Source of the DNA: the human T2T-CHM13v2.0 reference genome, Homo sapiens | DNA: 64,000 nucleotides | Assembly: GCF_009914755.1 (NCBI RefSeq) | Contig: NC_060930.1 | Direction: 5' to 3' (one strand) | Shown: piece after piece, positions 16,641 to 29,695 of the stretch | Layout of the letters: every line of letters begins with the position of its first letter | Numbering within the stretch: the stretch's first letter is position 1 | Made by a program: the position numbers and the translations under genes | Notes under the pieces: generated by a model | What the model was told of the DNA's origin: nothing | The model's input: only the letters and a program-made list of their open reading frames with translations | Database searches by the model: none

Positions 16641-18069
16641 AAACCATTTTTAAATGTCCTTAAAATTTACTTAGTGTAATCTACAAGGCAGATAACCCAC
16701 AAGCAGATAATTGAGGGGTGAATGTCAACTGAATATAAGAAAATGTTTGTTCTATTGCATTATTATGATTTTAAACAGAGCATTATAATTTTTTATTTTG
16801 CAATAATTAAAAGCAATCTTACCTACTTTAGTTGGTGGGATTTTCATTAAGTGTAAAATTTTATATCACTTGAATATTCTCATGTTTCAATTGCCATCTT
16901 AAAATAGCACAAATAATGGCTGAAACATTATTCATTCTATTCATAAGTTAATGCTGCTTAAATTCTGTCAGTAAAATGTATTAAAAATTCTTTATGCATT
17001 TTTTCATCCCTTACATTCTTAGCTATGCAGGGGTTAAAGGTCATGCAGAATACTTCAAGGTATTGTTTGGGTATTTTCAGGGGAAAAAAAAGGTTACCTA
17101 AACTGAGTGAAGTAACCAACTTTTACAAGGCTCTTCTCATCTCATTACAACTGGTGGTTGTACACATTGAAATATTGTTGTATGGGGCAGTTTTCCAAGT
17201 TGTATGAAAAGCCTTGAAATATTTAGCATTTTACTCTATTACAATTTGAGAAATTATATTAAAAAATAAAGAAACAAAACGATATATGTCATTGCAGCAC
17301 TATTTATTACAGGTGGAAAAATTCTAAATTTCTAATAATAATGGCATATCTGTGACTTTAAAAATAATATTTCAAAGATTATTTCATAGCCAAACAAGCT
17401 AATTATAATATAATTGTTTTTAAGTCTTAAAAAAGGCAGGGAATTATCCCAGATATCTGTATGAGTGTGTATGCGAGTTGGGGGAACTCTGGAAGAAAAT
17501 CTGCCAGTGATTACTGGGGTTATGCCATATAGATGATTTTTACTTCTCATTTTCAACCTGCCAAATCATAATGAGTTTCTGTAATAAATCTGTATAACTT
17601 TTATCAGAACAAATTCTGTTTTCATAACTAGATCCTAGTTCCCAGAGCAGGCAGATTAGGTAAACAGCCCTCTTTACAAGATGGTTTCTAAAAAGAGGCT
17701 TGAACACAGAAGCACGTTCTACCACTGCTGTTTCTAGTTAGCTAGTTCTTTATTACAGTTGTATTTCACAGCTTAGTCTATAATATAGAAATTCTCTAGC
17801 AAGGTTGGATACCTCCTTACTATTTAGTAGGAGGATTTACTTTCCTGGGGGGTAAAAACTGTATCTTCATTCTACCCTCCACCTTCTCCTTTTAAATCCT
17901 TGGCTTTTAACTCCACTGTAGGTTCTATGCTCCTTGTCTGGAAGCTGGAAGACCTATTAGGAGGCTGTTGCAATAGTCTGAGCAAGAAATAATGAGCCAG
18001 AACAAAGGCAGTGGCTGTGTGTGTGTGTGTGTGTGTGTGTGTGTCTGTGTGTGTGTCTGTGTGTGTAGC

Positions 18070-18656
18070 TGAGTGGGAAATTCAGTAAGTCTGAGGCTGA
18101 CAGGGAACGCAGGAGAGGGGATCTCTCCCCACTGCTGTGCTGATTACAGCTATACCCCGCTCCATAACCTTGCAGCCACCAACTCTCATAAAATCTACCA
18201 ATCAGACCTAAAAGAGATAGAGCACTGTAACCACAAATGTCCTGGCCATCAGCATAGAGACTTTCCAAAAGACCCGCCCCAAATACATATGTTCTGTAGG
18301 GTCTTAGCTCACCCTAACTTAACATTTGCTTCATTTTAATAGTAAAAATCACAGCCCAGGAAGGAGATTTAAGATACTAATGAGACATAGGACATATAAA
18401 GAAGCATGACAAGAGACCGCACAGGTGCAGCCAACAGACCACTGCAAACATGCAATAATGTTACCTGGAAGAGAGCTTAGAAAGAATACAAGTTCAAGCT
18501 AACCCACTTTCAGGCAGCCAACAGCAGATCTCTTTCTGCTGTAGTTTCCCTTTCTGCTCCAGGTGAAAGCCGCAATAAACTGCCTTGCTGAAGCCCATCT
18601 TAGACTCTCCATCAGTTTCTATTTTCTGAGGGTAGAGAACCGACTGGCCAGTCACA
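18070..18656 (+). mobile_element. ERV solo LTR, family uncertain (LTR47-like), next to a (TG)n tract at 18016-18065
   Basis: TG...CA ends, AATAAA near 18573, GGAGATTTAAGATACTAATGAGACAT motif typical of ERV LTRs. Confidence 0.5.
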
Positions 18657-18844
18657 AGTCCACACGGCCCATGTGTATTCTCTGCCTAGAATAAGTCTCC
18701 TTCACCTCTGGTTGACCAGATCCTTCTATCCTTCAAGTTCCCATTCAAACATCTCCTTCTCCACAAAACCCTTCTATACCCACAGCTGGAAGTAATTTTC
18801 CCTCCTTTGATTTTTATGTTTTTACCTTTTTCATGTATGTATAT

Positions 18845-20040
18845 ATTTTTTTATTTTGAAACAATCAAAATTGCAATACAGAGAACTTTTTTAAACCACT
18901 TGAGAGTAAATTGCCAGCCTAATGCTCCATCACAGCTGAATACTTTTGTGTGTATTTCCTGCAAGAAATGAGACATTCTTTACATAACTACAGTACAAAC
19001 TTCAAAATCAGAAAATTAATATTGAAATATTAATGCCATCTGTTCCTCAGTCCAGTAATGTTCTTTATAGCAAAAGGATCCTGTTCAGAATCAAGTGTTG
19101 CATTTAATTATCATCTCTTTAATCTCATTCAATCTGGAATGGGGTCTCAGTCTTAAATTTCATGACCTTGACAATTTAGAAAATACAGACTAACAGAGTA
19201 CTCATCAATTTGGGTTTTCTAGTGTCTCCTCATGACTAGATCCAGTTTATGCACCTTAAGTAGAAATATCACAGAAGTGATGATTTGTTCTTATTAAATG
19301 GTGCATGATTGCAATTTGTTCTATTATTAGTTATGCTCACTTTGATTGCTTGATTAAGATGATTTCTTCCAGTCTTCTCAACTTTGAAGTTATTCTTTTC
19401 CCCTGGGTAATTAATGATATTTTGTAGAGATATATTTTGAAACTTTTAACTTATTCATTCACTTATCTTTTGTCAGTATGGACTCACTGTTTATTTTATT
19501 CTATAAGCTCTAATCCATTACTATCATTATTTATTTTTAACCTGAAATTGACAAGATTTGGCCAGCAGAAACCCCTTCAAAGTGGTTCCTGTGTACTTTG
19601 ATACATCCTCACCATTCTTTGAGCATTTCTTTGCTTTATGTTACAAGATGTTCCAAGATCATTCGCATTTTCTCTTCCCCCAACCTGGACTCATCCATAG
19701 TTCTACAAGGACTCCTGGTTCCCTGAAGAATGGTATTTAGAAACCAAGGTCTGAGTCCTAGGAGTTTTTATTGCATTTGGGGTGGTACTGCTCCGAAGAC
19801 TGCTCAGTGCACAAAACTTAAAATCATGGGAATGTATGGAAGTGCACACATGTATAAATCCACACGTTTACATCAATAGTTATTATCTACCTGTAGATAC
19901 TGAAAATCATGAGTTCACACTCAAAGGTTCCAACTCCATTGAGTTTATTCCAGCTTTCTCCCTTTCCATATATGCAATTCCTATTTCCAATAGTGAAAAA
20001 CCTGGCTCCCATTATCCTTAACATAGTTACTTACTTAAAC
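18845..20040 (-). mobile_element. L1MC-type 3' UTR
   Basis: Characteristic L1MC 3' motifs (CAGTATGGACTCA, GGTATTTAGAAACCAAGGTCTG, AGTGAAAAACCTGGCTCCCATTATCC). Confidence 0.7.
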
Positions 20041-20601
20041 ACTTCCATATATGTCTCCCATCTTTGGAACTATCAACTTCTCACATAAATATCCTCCTTA
20101 TTCCACTCAGGTCATGATTGCACATGGACATCCTCTCCTGTATGTTCAGTCTCTGAAACCCATGTTCAAGTCACTCTCCCCTACCGCTCCATCTATATAT
20201 TCTCCTAAGCCTGTGCATTCCCTGAAAATTCCATGCCAGGCCACCCACCCCCTGTGATATCCTTGTCACCCTGCTTGGGCTCTGTTACCCACTTTGGACT
20301 ATCCTATATGTGTACCCTCCTCACTCTACCAGGATGCCCGTACATGGACATCCTCTCACTCTGATTACAAATAATAAAATTTTTTAGTTAAAGAAAAAAG
20401 AGATACTGGTAGGATTTTTAGTCTAGGAACATCCTAATACCTTAAGGTCCTTGGCCAAACCTTAATTTATTAGCATACGTGAAACACACTCATGGAAAAG
20501 TGATTCCTTTCCTTCTTTTCTGCCTGTGAGACCAGACCAGTCATCAATATAATCATTGTTTAAGGGAAAAAGTGTATTAGTTTTTTTATTAAATCTCACC
20601 T

Positions 20602-20630
20602 TCTCTCTTTCTCTCTCTCTCTCTCTCTGA

Positions 20631-20664
<34 letters not shown>

Positions 20665-20675
20665 CTCTCTCTCTC
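20602..20675. repeat. Compound microsatellite (CT)n-(CA)n-(CT)n
   Basis: Read directly. Confidence 0.95.
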
Positions 20676-21769
20676 CCATTCCTTTACCATGAAAGCTTAT
20701 TTCACTGTTGCTCAATCCTCTGTGGATCAAAATCGGCAAAGGATACTAAAAGTACTAATATTTTTCATGGAAAACACCGCCTATTGTATTCTGTTGCTGG
20801 AAAGATTCTTCCACAAGACTGATGACAGAAACAAAGGAAATACAAGGAAGAGGTTATGGAAAACAGGAGGGAGAGGGATGAGTAAATAAGAAAAAGAAAA
20901 GGTGGGAATGAGGAAAGTAGCAAGAAGGGAAATGGAAAGAGGTGATCTGGGAGAGAAAAACCACAGGTGGGATGCTAAATGGGAGAAATGTGAAAAGAAA
21001 GTAGTGGGAGTGGCATTCAGGAGAGTCTGACTTAGCCACCAAATCCCATGGCAAAGAGTGCCAACTTTATTATCAGCCCCAAAGCAGTGCTACTGTCAAA
21101 ATAAAAAATAAAGTTACCTACTCCAAAATCACTGACATGTCTAAGCAAGTAATGGAGAAACTGTTGGTTCATACACTTTTTGAGAACCAAACTTCTGAAT
21201 TTTTGTCTACATACTTGTTTCCTGACATCTTTAAAGAATTGCTGTTTGGAGCATCAGTTTTGGACACCACACATCAACATCTCCAAGATGGTGAAAGAGT
21301 TCTTGGTTGACCAAAACTTTGTTGAAGAAAAATATTGATATGTGTATAAATGGAACGCCTGCACTATTAGCATCACATCTGATTTTGCTGCTTTTATAAA
21401 GAAAGAAACTACACATTTCATCACGTCAATGTGTCTGACTCAATCCCCTACCAACGATCCAGAAAAATGTCTTGTCTAATGCTAGGATCTTGTCAAATCC
21501 AGGTTATGAAATCATTGCCTTTTTATCACTTTGAATTCAAAAACATACTTTAATATGAAGTTATTCTCTTCGTATTCTTCATTATAGACCTAAGTTTGCT
21601 GGATTTCCAAAAAGTAGTTTTTGAAACACAATAAAACTTAAGGGAAAATTTTGCTCCTTTTACAGAAAAAGAATATCACTTCTTAGAACAATTTTTTTAA
21701 GATGCTCTATTAACTACCTTTATTGTGACACTTTTTAATACTGTATGAAAACCTCGGTATGGTGCCAAT

Positions 21770-22725
21770 TTCTTTTTTTCCCTCTTAACTTTTATTATAG
21801 GTGTGGGGTATACATCTGCAGGTTTGTTACATGGGTATGTTACACTCAGGGAGTAAGCTTAGTACCCAACAGGTAGTTTTTCAGCCCATGCCCCCTTCCC
21901 CCTCTCCCTCCTCTGGTAGTTCACAGTGTCTGTTGTTCCCACGTTTGTGTCCGTGGGTACTCAGTGTTTAGCTTCCACTTATAAGTGAGAACATATGGAT
22001 TTGGTTTTATGTTCCTGCATTAATTTGCTTAGGATTATGGCCCCCAGCTCCATCCATGTTGCTACAAAGGATATTATTTCATTCTTTTTATGGTTGCATA
22101 GTATTCCCTGTATATGTAACACATTTTCTTTACCCAATCCACAATTGATGGGCACCTAAGGATGATTCCATGTCTTTGTTATTGTGAATAGTGAGGAAAT
22201 GAACATATGAGTGCATGCATCTTTTTGGTATAGTGATCTATTTTCCTTTGGTTTTATACCTAATAATGGGATTGCTGGGTCTAATGGTAGCTCTAAGTTC
22301 TCTGAGAAATCTCCAAACTGCCTTCCACAGTGGCTGAACTAATTTACATTCCCACCAACAGTGTGTAAGCGTTCCCTTTTCTCCACAGCCTCACCAGCAT
22401 ATGTTGTTTTTTGACTTTTTAATATAATAGCCATTCTGAATGAATGGCTGAAATGGTGTCTCAGAATGGTGAGATGGTATCATATTGTGATTATCATTTC
22501 GATTTGCATTTCTCTGATGATTAGTGATGTGGAGCATTTTTCCCTATGTTTGTTGGCTGCTTGTATCACTCCCTTTAAGAAGTGTCTGTTAATATCCTTT
22601 GCCCATTTTTTAATGGGGTTATTTGTTTTTTGCTTCTTGATTTGCTTAAATTCCTTTATCAGATGCGTAATTTACAAATATTTTTTCCCATTCTGTAGGT
22701 TGACTGTTTACTCTGTTGATAGTGT
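21770..22725 (-). mobile_element. L1PA (older primate) 3' end
   Basis: CAGGTTTGTTACATGGGTA...TAATTTACATTCCCACCAACAGTGT...CCCATTCTGTAGGTTG. Confidence 0.85.
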
Positions 22726-22849
22726 CTTTTACTCACAGAACAATTTGATGAAGATTTATTCCATGATTAGTTTAATTAGCAGATCTTTTTTGCTGAAGTA
22801 AATCATTCTATATGCTTCCTACAGATGTTATTATAGATACTACTGAAAA

Positions 22850-23355
22850 TATCAGTAGGGCACATTAGTTACTTTCCCAACATTCATTTCACTTTATTCC
22901 TTCCTAATGAAATCCTGATTTTAGTTTGTACATTATTTCCCCCACTCACCAAATGACTGAGGAAAACAAATCTCATTGCCAAATTGTCCCTCCTTAGTTG
23001 AAACCAGTCAGCACATGACACTGTTCTGGCTACTGTTATATAGGTAGAGGAGAAATTACATGGCCTGCATCGGTCCAATCATAGTTAGGGGAAGAACTCT
23101 CTTTTACAATGTTAAGAACATACGTTACATCAGATTCTCCTGGTAGGTGACTTGTAACCATAGGAGAACCAGTCTGAATTCCAGGCTGTCTAATGGAGCA
23201 GAAATATGGAAAGCATTTATGTCTTGATAACATTATGGATCACTGAGTCACCACCCTGACCAAAGCTGACTCTACTTCTGGACTCTCTGTTATGTGAGAT
23301 AATAAATTTCTTTACTGTATAATTTGTCATTGACTTGGGCTTTTGTACTTGCAGC
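22850..23355 (+). mobile_element. Old MLT1 LTR
   Basis: Ends TGTTATGTGAGATAATAAATTTC...ACTTGCAGCCAGAAATATCCTAATTGAT. Confidence 0.6.
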
Positions 23356-24379
23356 CAGAAATATCCTAATTGATCAAATCAAGTCCAACCTCCTGTCTGA
23401 AAACTGAAATTGCAAGCAGACATGCATGCCAACTTTGAGGTGCTGGTGAAAGTGTTTCTGCAGGTTAGGCCTTCACAGCTTCCCTGCAGAAAGAAATCTG
23501 AAAACACTGAATAGTTCCCATGCAGGTTTCTTCTGCTCAGATAATTTTAAAGCTTAAACATGACCTCATAATCCTTTCCTTCCTGGCATAGAGAGAATTG
23601 GTAATGCCAGCTTTGCAAGGTAACCTCATTGATTTGAAGAAAAAGGAAATGATGCTACACAAATTAAACCCAAGAGAGTCTTGGAGAATTCTGATGTTCT
23701 TTGACAGCAATGTACCTTTGAGTCACGGGTTTTAGTACCAGCTGCCATCAAAATAAAAATGTCAAAATCAATTGAGTGTCCAAGATAATTTTCACATTGC
23801 TATGTCAGTCTCTTTTTCAAGTTTAACATCAGATGGCTTAATTTGTACAGAGTTAATGTTTACTCTTAGGATTTTATTTTGATTTTTTTGCACAGTTTAG
23901 ATTCATCTTGATTATTTCCTGAAAATCACCACTAAATTTACATGGCTTTTCCCATGAAGAAAATATTCTTTGAACAAAATCAACTTCCAGTTCAATAGGA
24001 GAAACCATAATCATATGCAAATTTGTTATGTATGTGTATATACTTTTCTGAAAAGGGGAATTATATTTTCATCTGATTCACAAAGGAGTCCATGACTCAA
24101 AAACTATTTCTGAAGGCCAAATAGTAACTATAGATGGTCAGAGAAATTACCGTGAAAGAGGAAAAGAGAAGAAATGAAATAAGACGTATTTTTTAAGTTT
24201 TGGCCTGGTTGAGAGGACAGATATAAGGTGACTGCCTCTTGGATATGGCAAAGTGGTGGTATATATATTTGAGTCTATTACAGTATAGTTGGAAAACATA
24301 ACAAGTAAATAAGAAGTCCCTGGAGACTTTAAGACATGTAATGACAATATATTGCTGTGTGGGTACAAATTAGGTGCAT

Positions 24380-24810
24380 GCCTGGATCAATCAAAGTACT
24401 TGTAGGAAACTTAAGACACAATCCAAAAAAAAGGTAATTGAAGAGATTTTAATGAAAGTACTATTTACAAAAGAGTAAAAGATGGGATTAAGGGAAGCCA
24501 CAGGGATGGTGAAAGAGCCTAGGATTGACAACAGGAGAAGCCATTACCGCTTCTATGCCGAAGCTAGCCTATTGAGAGTCATGGTGGTAGAAGGATGCCT
24601 GACAGGAGCTATGATCATAGGTGGAAGGTTACAGAAACGGTCCACCTGCAGCACCACAGGAAAGGAGCCCCGGAAATAAATACCCCATTCTCACTCTCTC
24701 CCCATAATCTGACCGCCTGCCAAAGCCTCTCACTGACCAAATCCAAACAAGAGCTGAGGGGGTGGAAGCTGGATTATCTTAGCTGACAAGATCAGTCCTT
24801 TAGAATCAAA
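24380..24810 (-). mobile_element. LTR33-like ERVL LTR
   Basis: GGTAATTGAAGAGATTTTAATGAAAGTACTATTTACA...GGGATGGTGAAAGAGCCTAGG. Confidence 0.55.
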
Positions 24811-24818
24811 ACAGGGTC

Positions 24819-25140
<322 letters not shown>

Positions 25141-28100
25141 TCATGGATGAAGAGGGACGTGACAAGGCAAACAGGCACCACCCAACTCAGACACGGCCCA
25201 TATAACAGTACAGGAGGGACTCTCAATAAGAAATAGAGATATTTAGTTCCACAGTAGCTCTGATACACATTTTTGGCAAAGATGTGTATTTCAGAATCCT
25301 TTCCGTTTAGTTAATGCTAGTTTTTAGTCATCATACTCTATGTTGACAACTTTACGGATATAAACAAATACTTATTTTATAATCATTAAGTTTCTGATAG
25401 TAAAGCTAATTTTTCCCCTCAGGCAAAAATATTCTTCTAGTTTCATAGCTTTGGCAGTACTTTATTCCTCTTAAAGAGTAAAGTGTTTATGTAAACTGGA
25501 AACAATTGTTTTGATTCCATCTCCAAATTATACTAATTCCTATGAGATTCACAGTTCCCTTTTGAGTTGTTATGAACCTAAACTGTGTCCAGGAGTATGT
25601 GTGGGTGGGTGTGTATAATGTACTGAACTGATCAATTGACAGTCCGTGTGTACATGCACCTGGAAGGCCACCACTAGCTCATCATGTCTGTGTCTTTTCA
25701 GGGATGGACTGCATAGGTTGTCTGGTGCAGTGGAAAGAGTTCTGAAGACACTGGTCATGATCTGTCTTTTCACTAAGCAGCTGTAGGTCTTTTGGCAAGT
25801 CCCTCACCCCTCCAACTACTCTTCAAAGGAGTAATGGGTTGAGGCAACAGAGGCTCAGATATCCACCGACTTTAAGTTCTGTGGTTCCCATGCCTGTGCC
25901 TGATCAGCATAGCTAATGGGAACATCCACTTTGCTGCTTACTGACTGCTCTGGTTTGAAAAGAGCTTTGTTTTAAACTTATCTAGAGTGCTAACTACTCT
26001 ACTTTAAATTAAATATTAGATAAGGAAAGCAACAGATGACATTAAAATACAACAAATCCTCAGTGACTTTCTGTGGGTCTAAGAGTTACAGCCTCACATG
26101 AACCTTAGGATTTCCGTGAATTGCATAAATTATGCTTACCATTTCGCAGGTAAATATTTACATGTCCAAGTAATGACTCCACAAAGCTGTGAGAAAGGAA
26201 GAAGATAATTCATGCCCTAGAATAGATCTGTACATTGTAATTCAGGTCCACTGGAGAAACTCTATTTACTATCATCTTCAATGTCCTGGAATGGAGGAAG
26301 GAGCTATGGAGCCACTGCTGAGGCCAAGGTATTCCATGCCAGCTGTCACATGGGTATTTGTACAACATTCTTGCATCATACAAATAAATAATTAGCTACG
26401 TATTTAATACCTACTGCACACTGTGTATTACATATATTGTTTAATTCTCATAACTGTCCTTTGATATTATCTCCAATTTACTGGTCTCAAAGAAATCAAG
26501 TAAATTAACCAAAGACACTACCTAGGAAGGGAAAGAGTCAGGATTTCAACCTAAGATTCTAAAGCTGATGCCTCTATCCTTGTTACCCTAGTGTCTCCAG
26601 CAACTCTGGCCAGACATATTCACTATCTCTCAAACACTTCCATTGGTTTTTCACAGAAAATGAAGCTGTTCACTTAACTTTGATTTCTCCCTTGAGTGAT
26701 GTATCTGAACCCTTAGCCCTCCACATGTGCCTCTAGCAATATCTACTATTCCCTGGAGAATAAGAACCAGGTGGGCTGGGCCTGGCCTCAATTGCCAGTA
26801 TTCTCCAGCTCCATAGCAGGGCAAGCAACACATCCATGTGACCTGTCTTTACGCACTAGAACTTCTATCTCTTGTCTTTCTTCTAAATTATAGACCATAT
26901 TTTCCTGTAGGCATCTACCTCCTCTTCCCTTCCACCATAATTACCCAATTATCTAAACACCCTACTCCCTACTTCAACTGTCTCTAGAGAACATTCACCT
27001 TCTAAATGTGCTTTAGATAATTTTATACCTTTACTGGGCTTTGAGAATTTTTTTAAGGGGAGGCACTGCCCTAACCCACTCTCCTTTTGTCTTAGGTTGG
27101 GTTTCTTGGAAATAGATTCTAAGATGGAGAATTGTGTGCAGAATTTTGGTTGTGATGTGCTCTCAGGCGATACACCTGCAAGGAAGTGACAGAAGAATGC
27201 CTGAGGAGGAGTGAGAATCCAGGAATGGGTCAGCCCTGAAGAGGGGTCTGGGGCAGGCACTGTGGTGTGCACTGTACCTGCTCAGATTGGTGGGCCTGAC
27301 TTGTGTCTTCAGCTTAAATTACCTATTCCTCTTCCAGACAAAAGATCTTTAAGGTCCTAAACACCAGTCTGGAATCTGACTATGCAAAAATGAAAAGATC
27401 CTGAGCTCCCTCTCCAGAGGAACTAAGTGAAACAAAGAACGATTATAAAGTAGGAAAGTTCTAAAAATAGTAAGATGAGACTGGGTAATTTGAATGAAAG
27501 CCAGTCAAGTCTATGTGGAATATAGCATCTTACTGATTCATTATCAGCCCATATAATTTAATTACATTCTACTTACCATGCAATTTTCACATCCTAAACC
27601 ATCCAGCGTGAAGTCTATGTTATCTGATTAAAGAAAGAGGAAAGGGAGAGAAGGGAGTGAGAGAAAAAGAGAGCTCCTGAAGCCATGCAAAAGAGGAGCT
27701 TCCTTAAGGATGGCAGAATGCATTGCAAATTCAGAAACATATTTAACATATAAAAGAAATAATGTAAATTTATCTCTTGTTTTCTATAAATAAGCCAGGT
27801 TTGATTATCTTAAGCTATTAATACAAATATTCTTCTCTTTGTCTTTCTTAACTTGAGCCATTTACAATTTGTAACACAGAGAATCATTTTTCAGATCTAA
27901 CTTAACATGTAACTCTTCATTGTTTCAACTGAAATTAGCAAATCCCAGAAAGAAAATTCTTCCCTAAGAAATCATTTCTTCAAAGTGATTATTTAAGAGT
28001 TGCTAAGTTAGAAACATACATATCACTATCACTATCTTCTGATCATGGTATCACTATCTTCTGATCAAAATTTAAAGATATTCATTTGAAGAACATTTAT

Positions 28101-28174
28101 ACCTCAAGTTCTAGGAAAAGGAGGTTTTAGTGACTGAAAGATGTTGAGGAAAATGTGAAGCTCTTAATTAAAAT

Positions 28175-28510
28175 TATTGAGTCACGTGAATATACTGAAT
28201 AAAATGGTGGTTCCCAGAAGCTGGGACAAGTAATGAGAAAGGGGAAATGACGAGGGGTTGGTTAATGGGTACAAAAATACAGTTAGTAGAAATAACTTCT
28301 AGAGCTTGATACCACAATAGGGTGACTATAGTTAATAATTTTTATTGTACGTTTCAAAATAGCTAGAAGAGAAGATTTGGAATGTTTCCAACACAAAGAA
28401 ATTATAAATGTTGAAGGTGATGGATATCCCAATCACCCAGATTTGATCATTATACATCATATGCATGTATCAAAACATCACATGTACCCCATAAATATGT
28501 ACAACTTATT
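28175..28510 (+). mobile_element. L1MA 3' end
   Basis: GGTTAATGGGTACAAAAATACAG...TGTACCCCATAAATATGTACAAC. Confidence 0.8.
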
Positions 28511-29264
28511 CAGATCTTTTTTTCTATTTATAACTGATTGAATAAACCTATTCATTTTACTAAACAATTAGTTTTCAAAAATAACCAATATATAAAACTG
28601 AAGAAAGTCAAAGACCATATCCTGAATTACAAAAATAATATTTTAAAATATATATACTCCTAGAATTATTTGACTTTCACTTAACTAATACTCTTTGTGA
28701 TCAATCCCCCTGATTAAATTCAAATTTATGTTAACCTATATTTACATTTATTTTTGGAGGTACTCTAGAAAAGTTTTCCAAACTGCATCCTAGTTGCTGT
28801 GGCCTTTGGTTTGATGGCTTTCACTTTTGAGTTCAAACCTCATTTCCCAAATACATTCTACAACTAGGCATATTTATTTAGAACTCAAAAGGCCACCATC
28901 TTCAGACTTAAGAAACAAAAGCAGCAGTGGTTTCATTATATTTCATATATTTCATTATATTTTACCTGTGTGTAAAATATAATACTGTCTTCTTGGGCGA
29001 AAGGTCATATAATTCTACTCTCATGTGGATGTTTTCCACAAAATGAATACATAGATTTAAACTGATCAATCCACATTCTTTCAATTGACCTCTCTTAAAA
29101 ACCAAAGCACAGCCATTTGAGCTTCAGTGCTTAGAGCAACTCTTTCTGGCCTGTGTAAGGAATTTACCCATGACTTGGGTTTTAATACTGTACTCTAACC
29201 AGCAGCAAGAGAGAGCCACCAACAAGAAAAAACAGGGATGCTGATTTTAAGAACTTAATTACAA

Positions 29265-29695
29265 GAATTTATCAGTTAGAATAACCCTAAGTACTGTAAC
29301 AAATAAACCCTGAAATGTCAGAGGCTTGACAGAGCAGAAGGTTATTTCTTACTCAGATAATGGCCCAACTCTGGAACTCCTAATTGGGAGGTAGCTTTTC
29401 TCTACATGGTGATTTGGGAAACAGACTCCTTGCCTCTTGTGGTCCCACAGGGTCTCATAATCTTCTGCATTTTGCCAGTGGAAGAAGAAAGCATGGAGAA
29501 ACATCCTGTTTCTTAAAAACTGTGGCCCAGAGGTAACACACATCACTTTTGCTCACATTTCATTGATGTGAAATAATCATAAAATCAAACTAAGATGCAA
29601 GGTGGTGGGAGGGGGAGTGTGTAGAAAATATACTTAAACCTAAACTATGGGACAAGGAGCACAAGTTTTGGTCTACAACTATTCATCACAACCAC
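29265..29695 (-). mobile_element. Old MLT1 LTR
   Basis: ATCAGTTAG...GTAACAAATAAACCCTGAAATGTC...GGCCCAGAGGTAACACACATCACTTTTGCTCACATT. Confidence 0.6.

Noticed and set aside
24646-24666. REST/RE1-like TGCAGCACCACAGGAAAGG
   Set aside because: Right half-site GGACAG is absent and the motif lies within an old LTR
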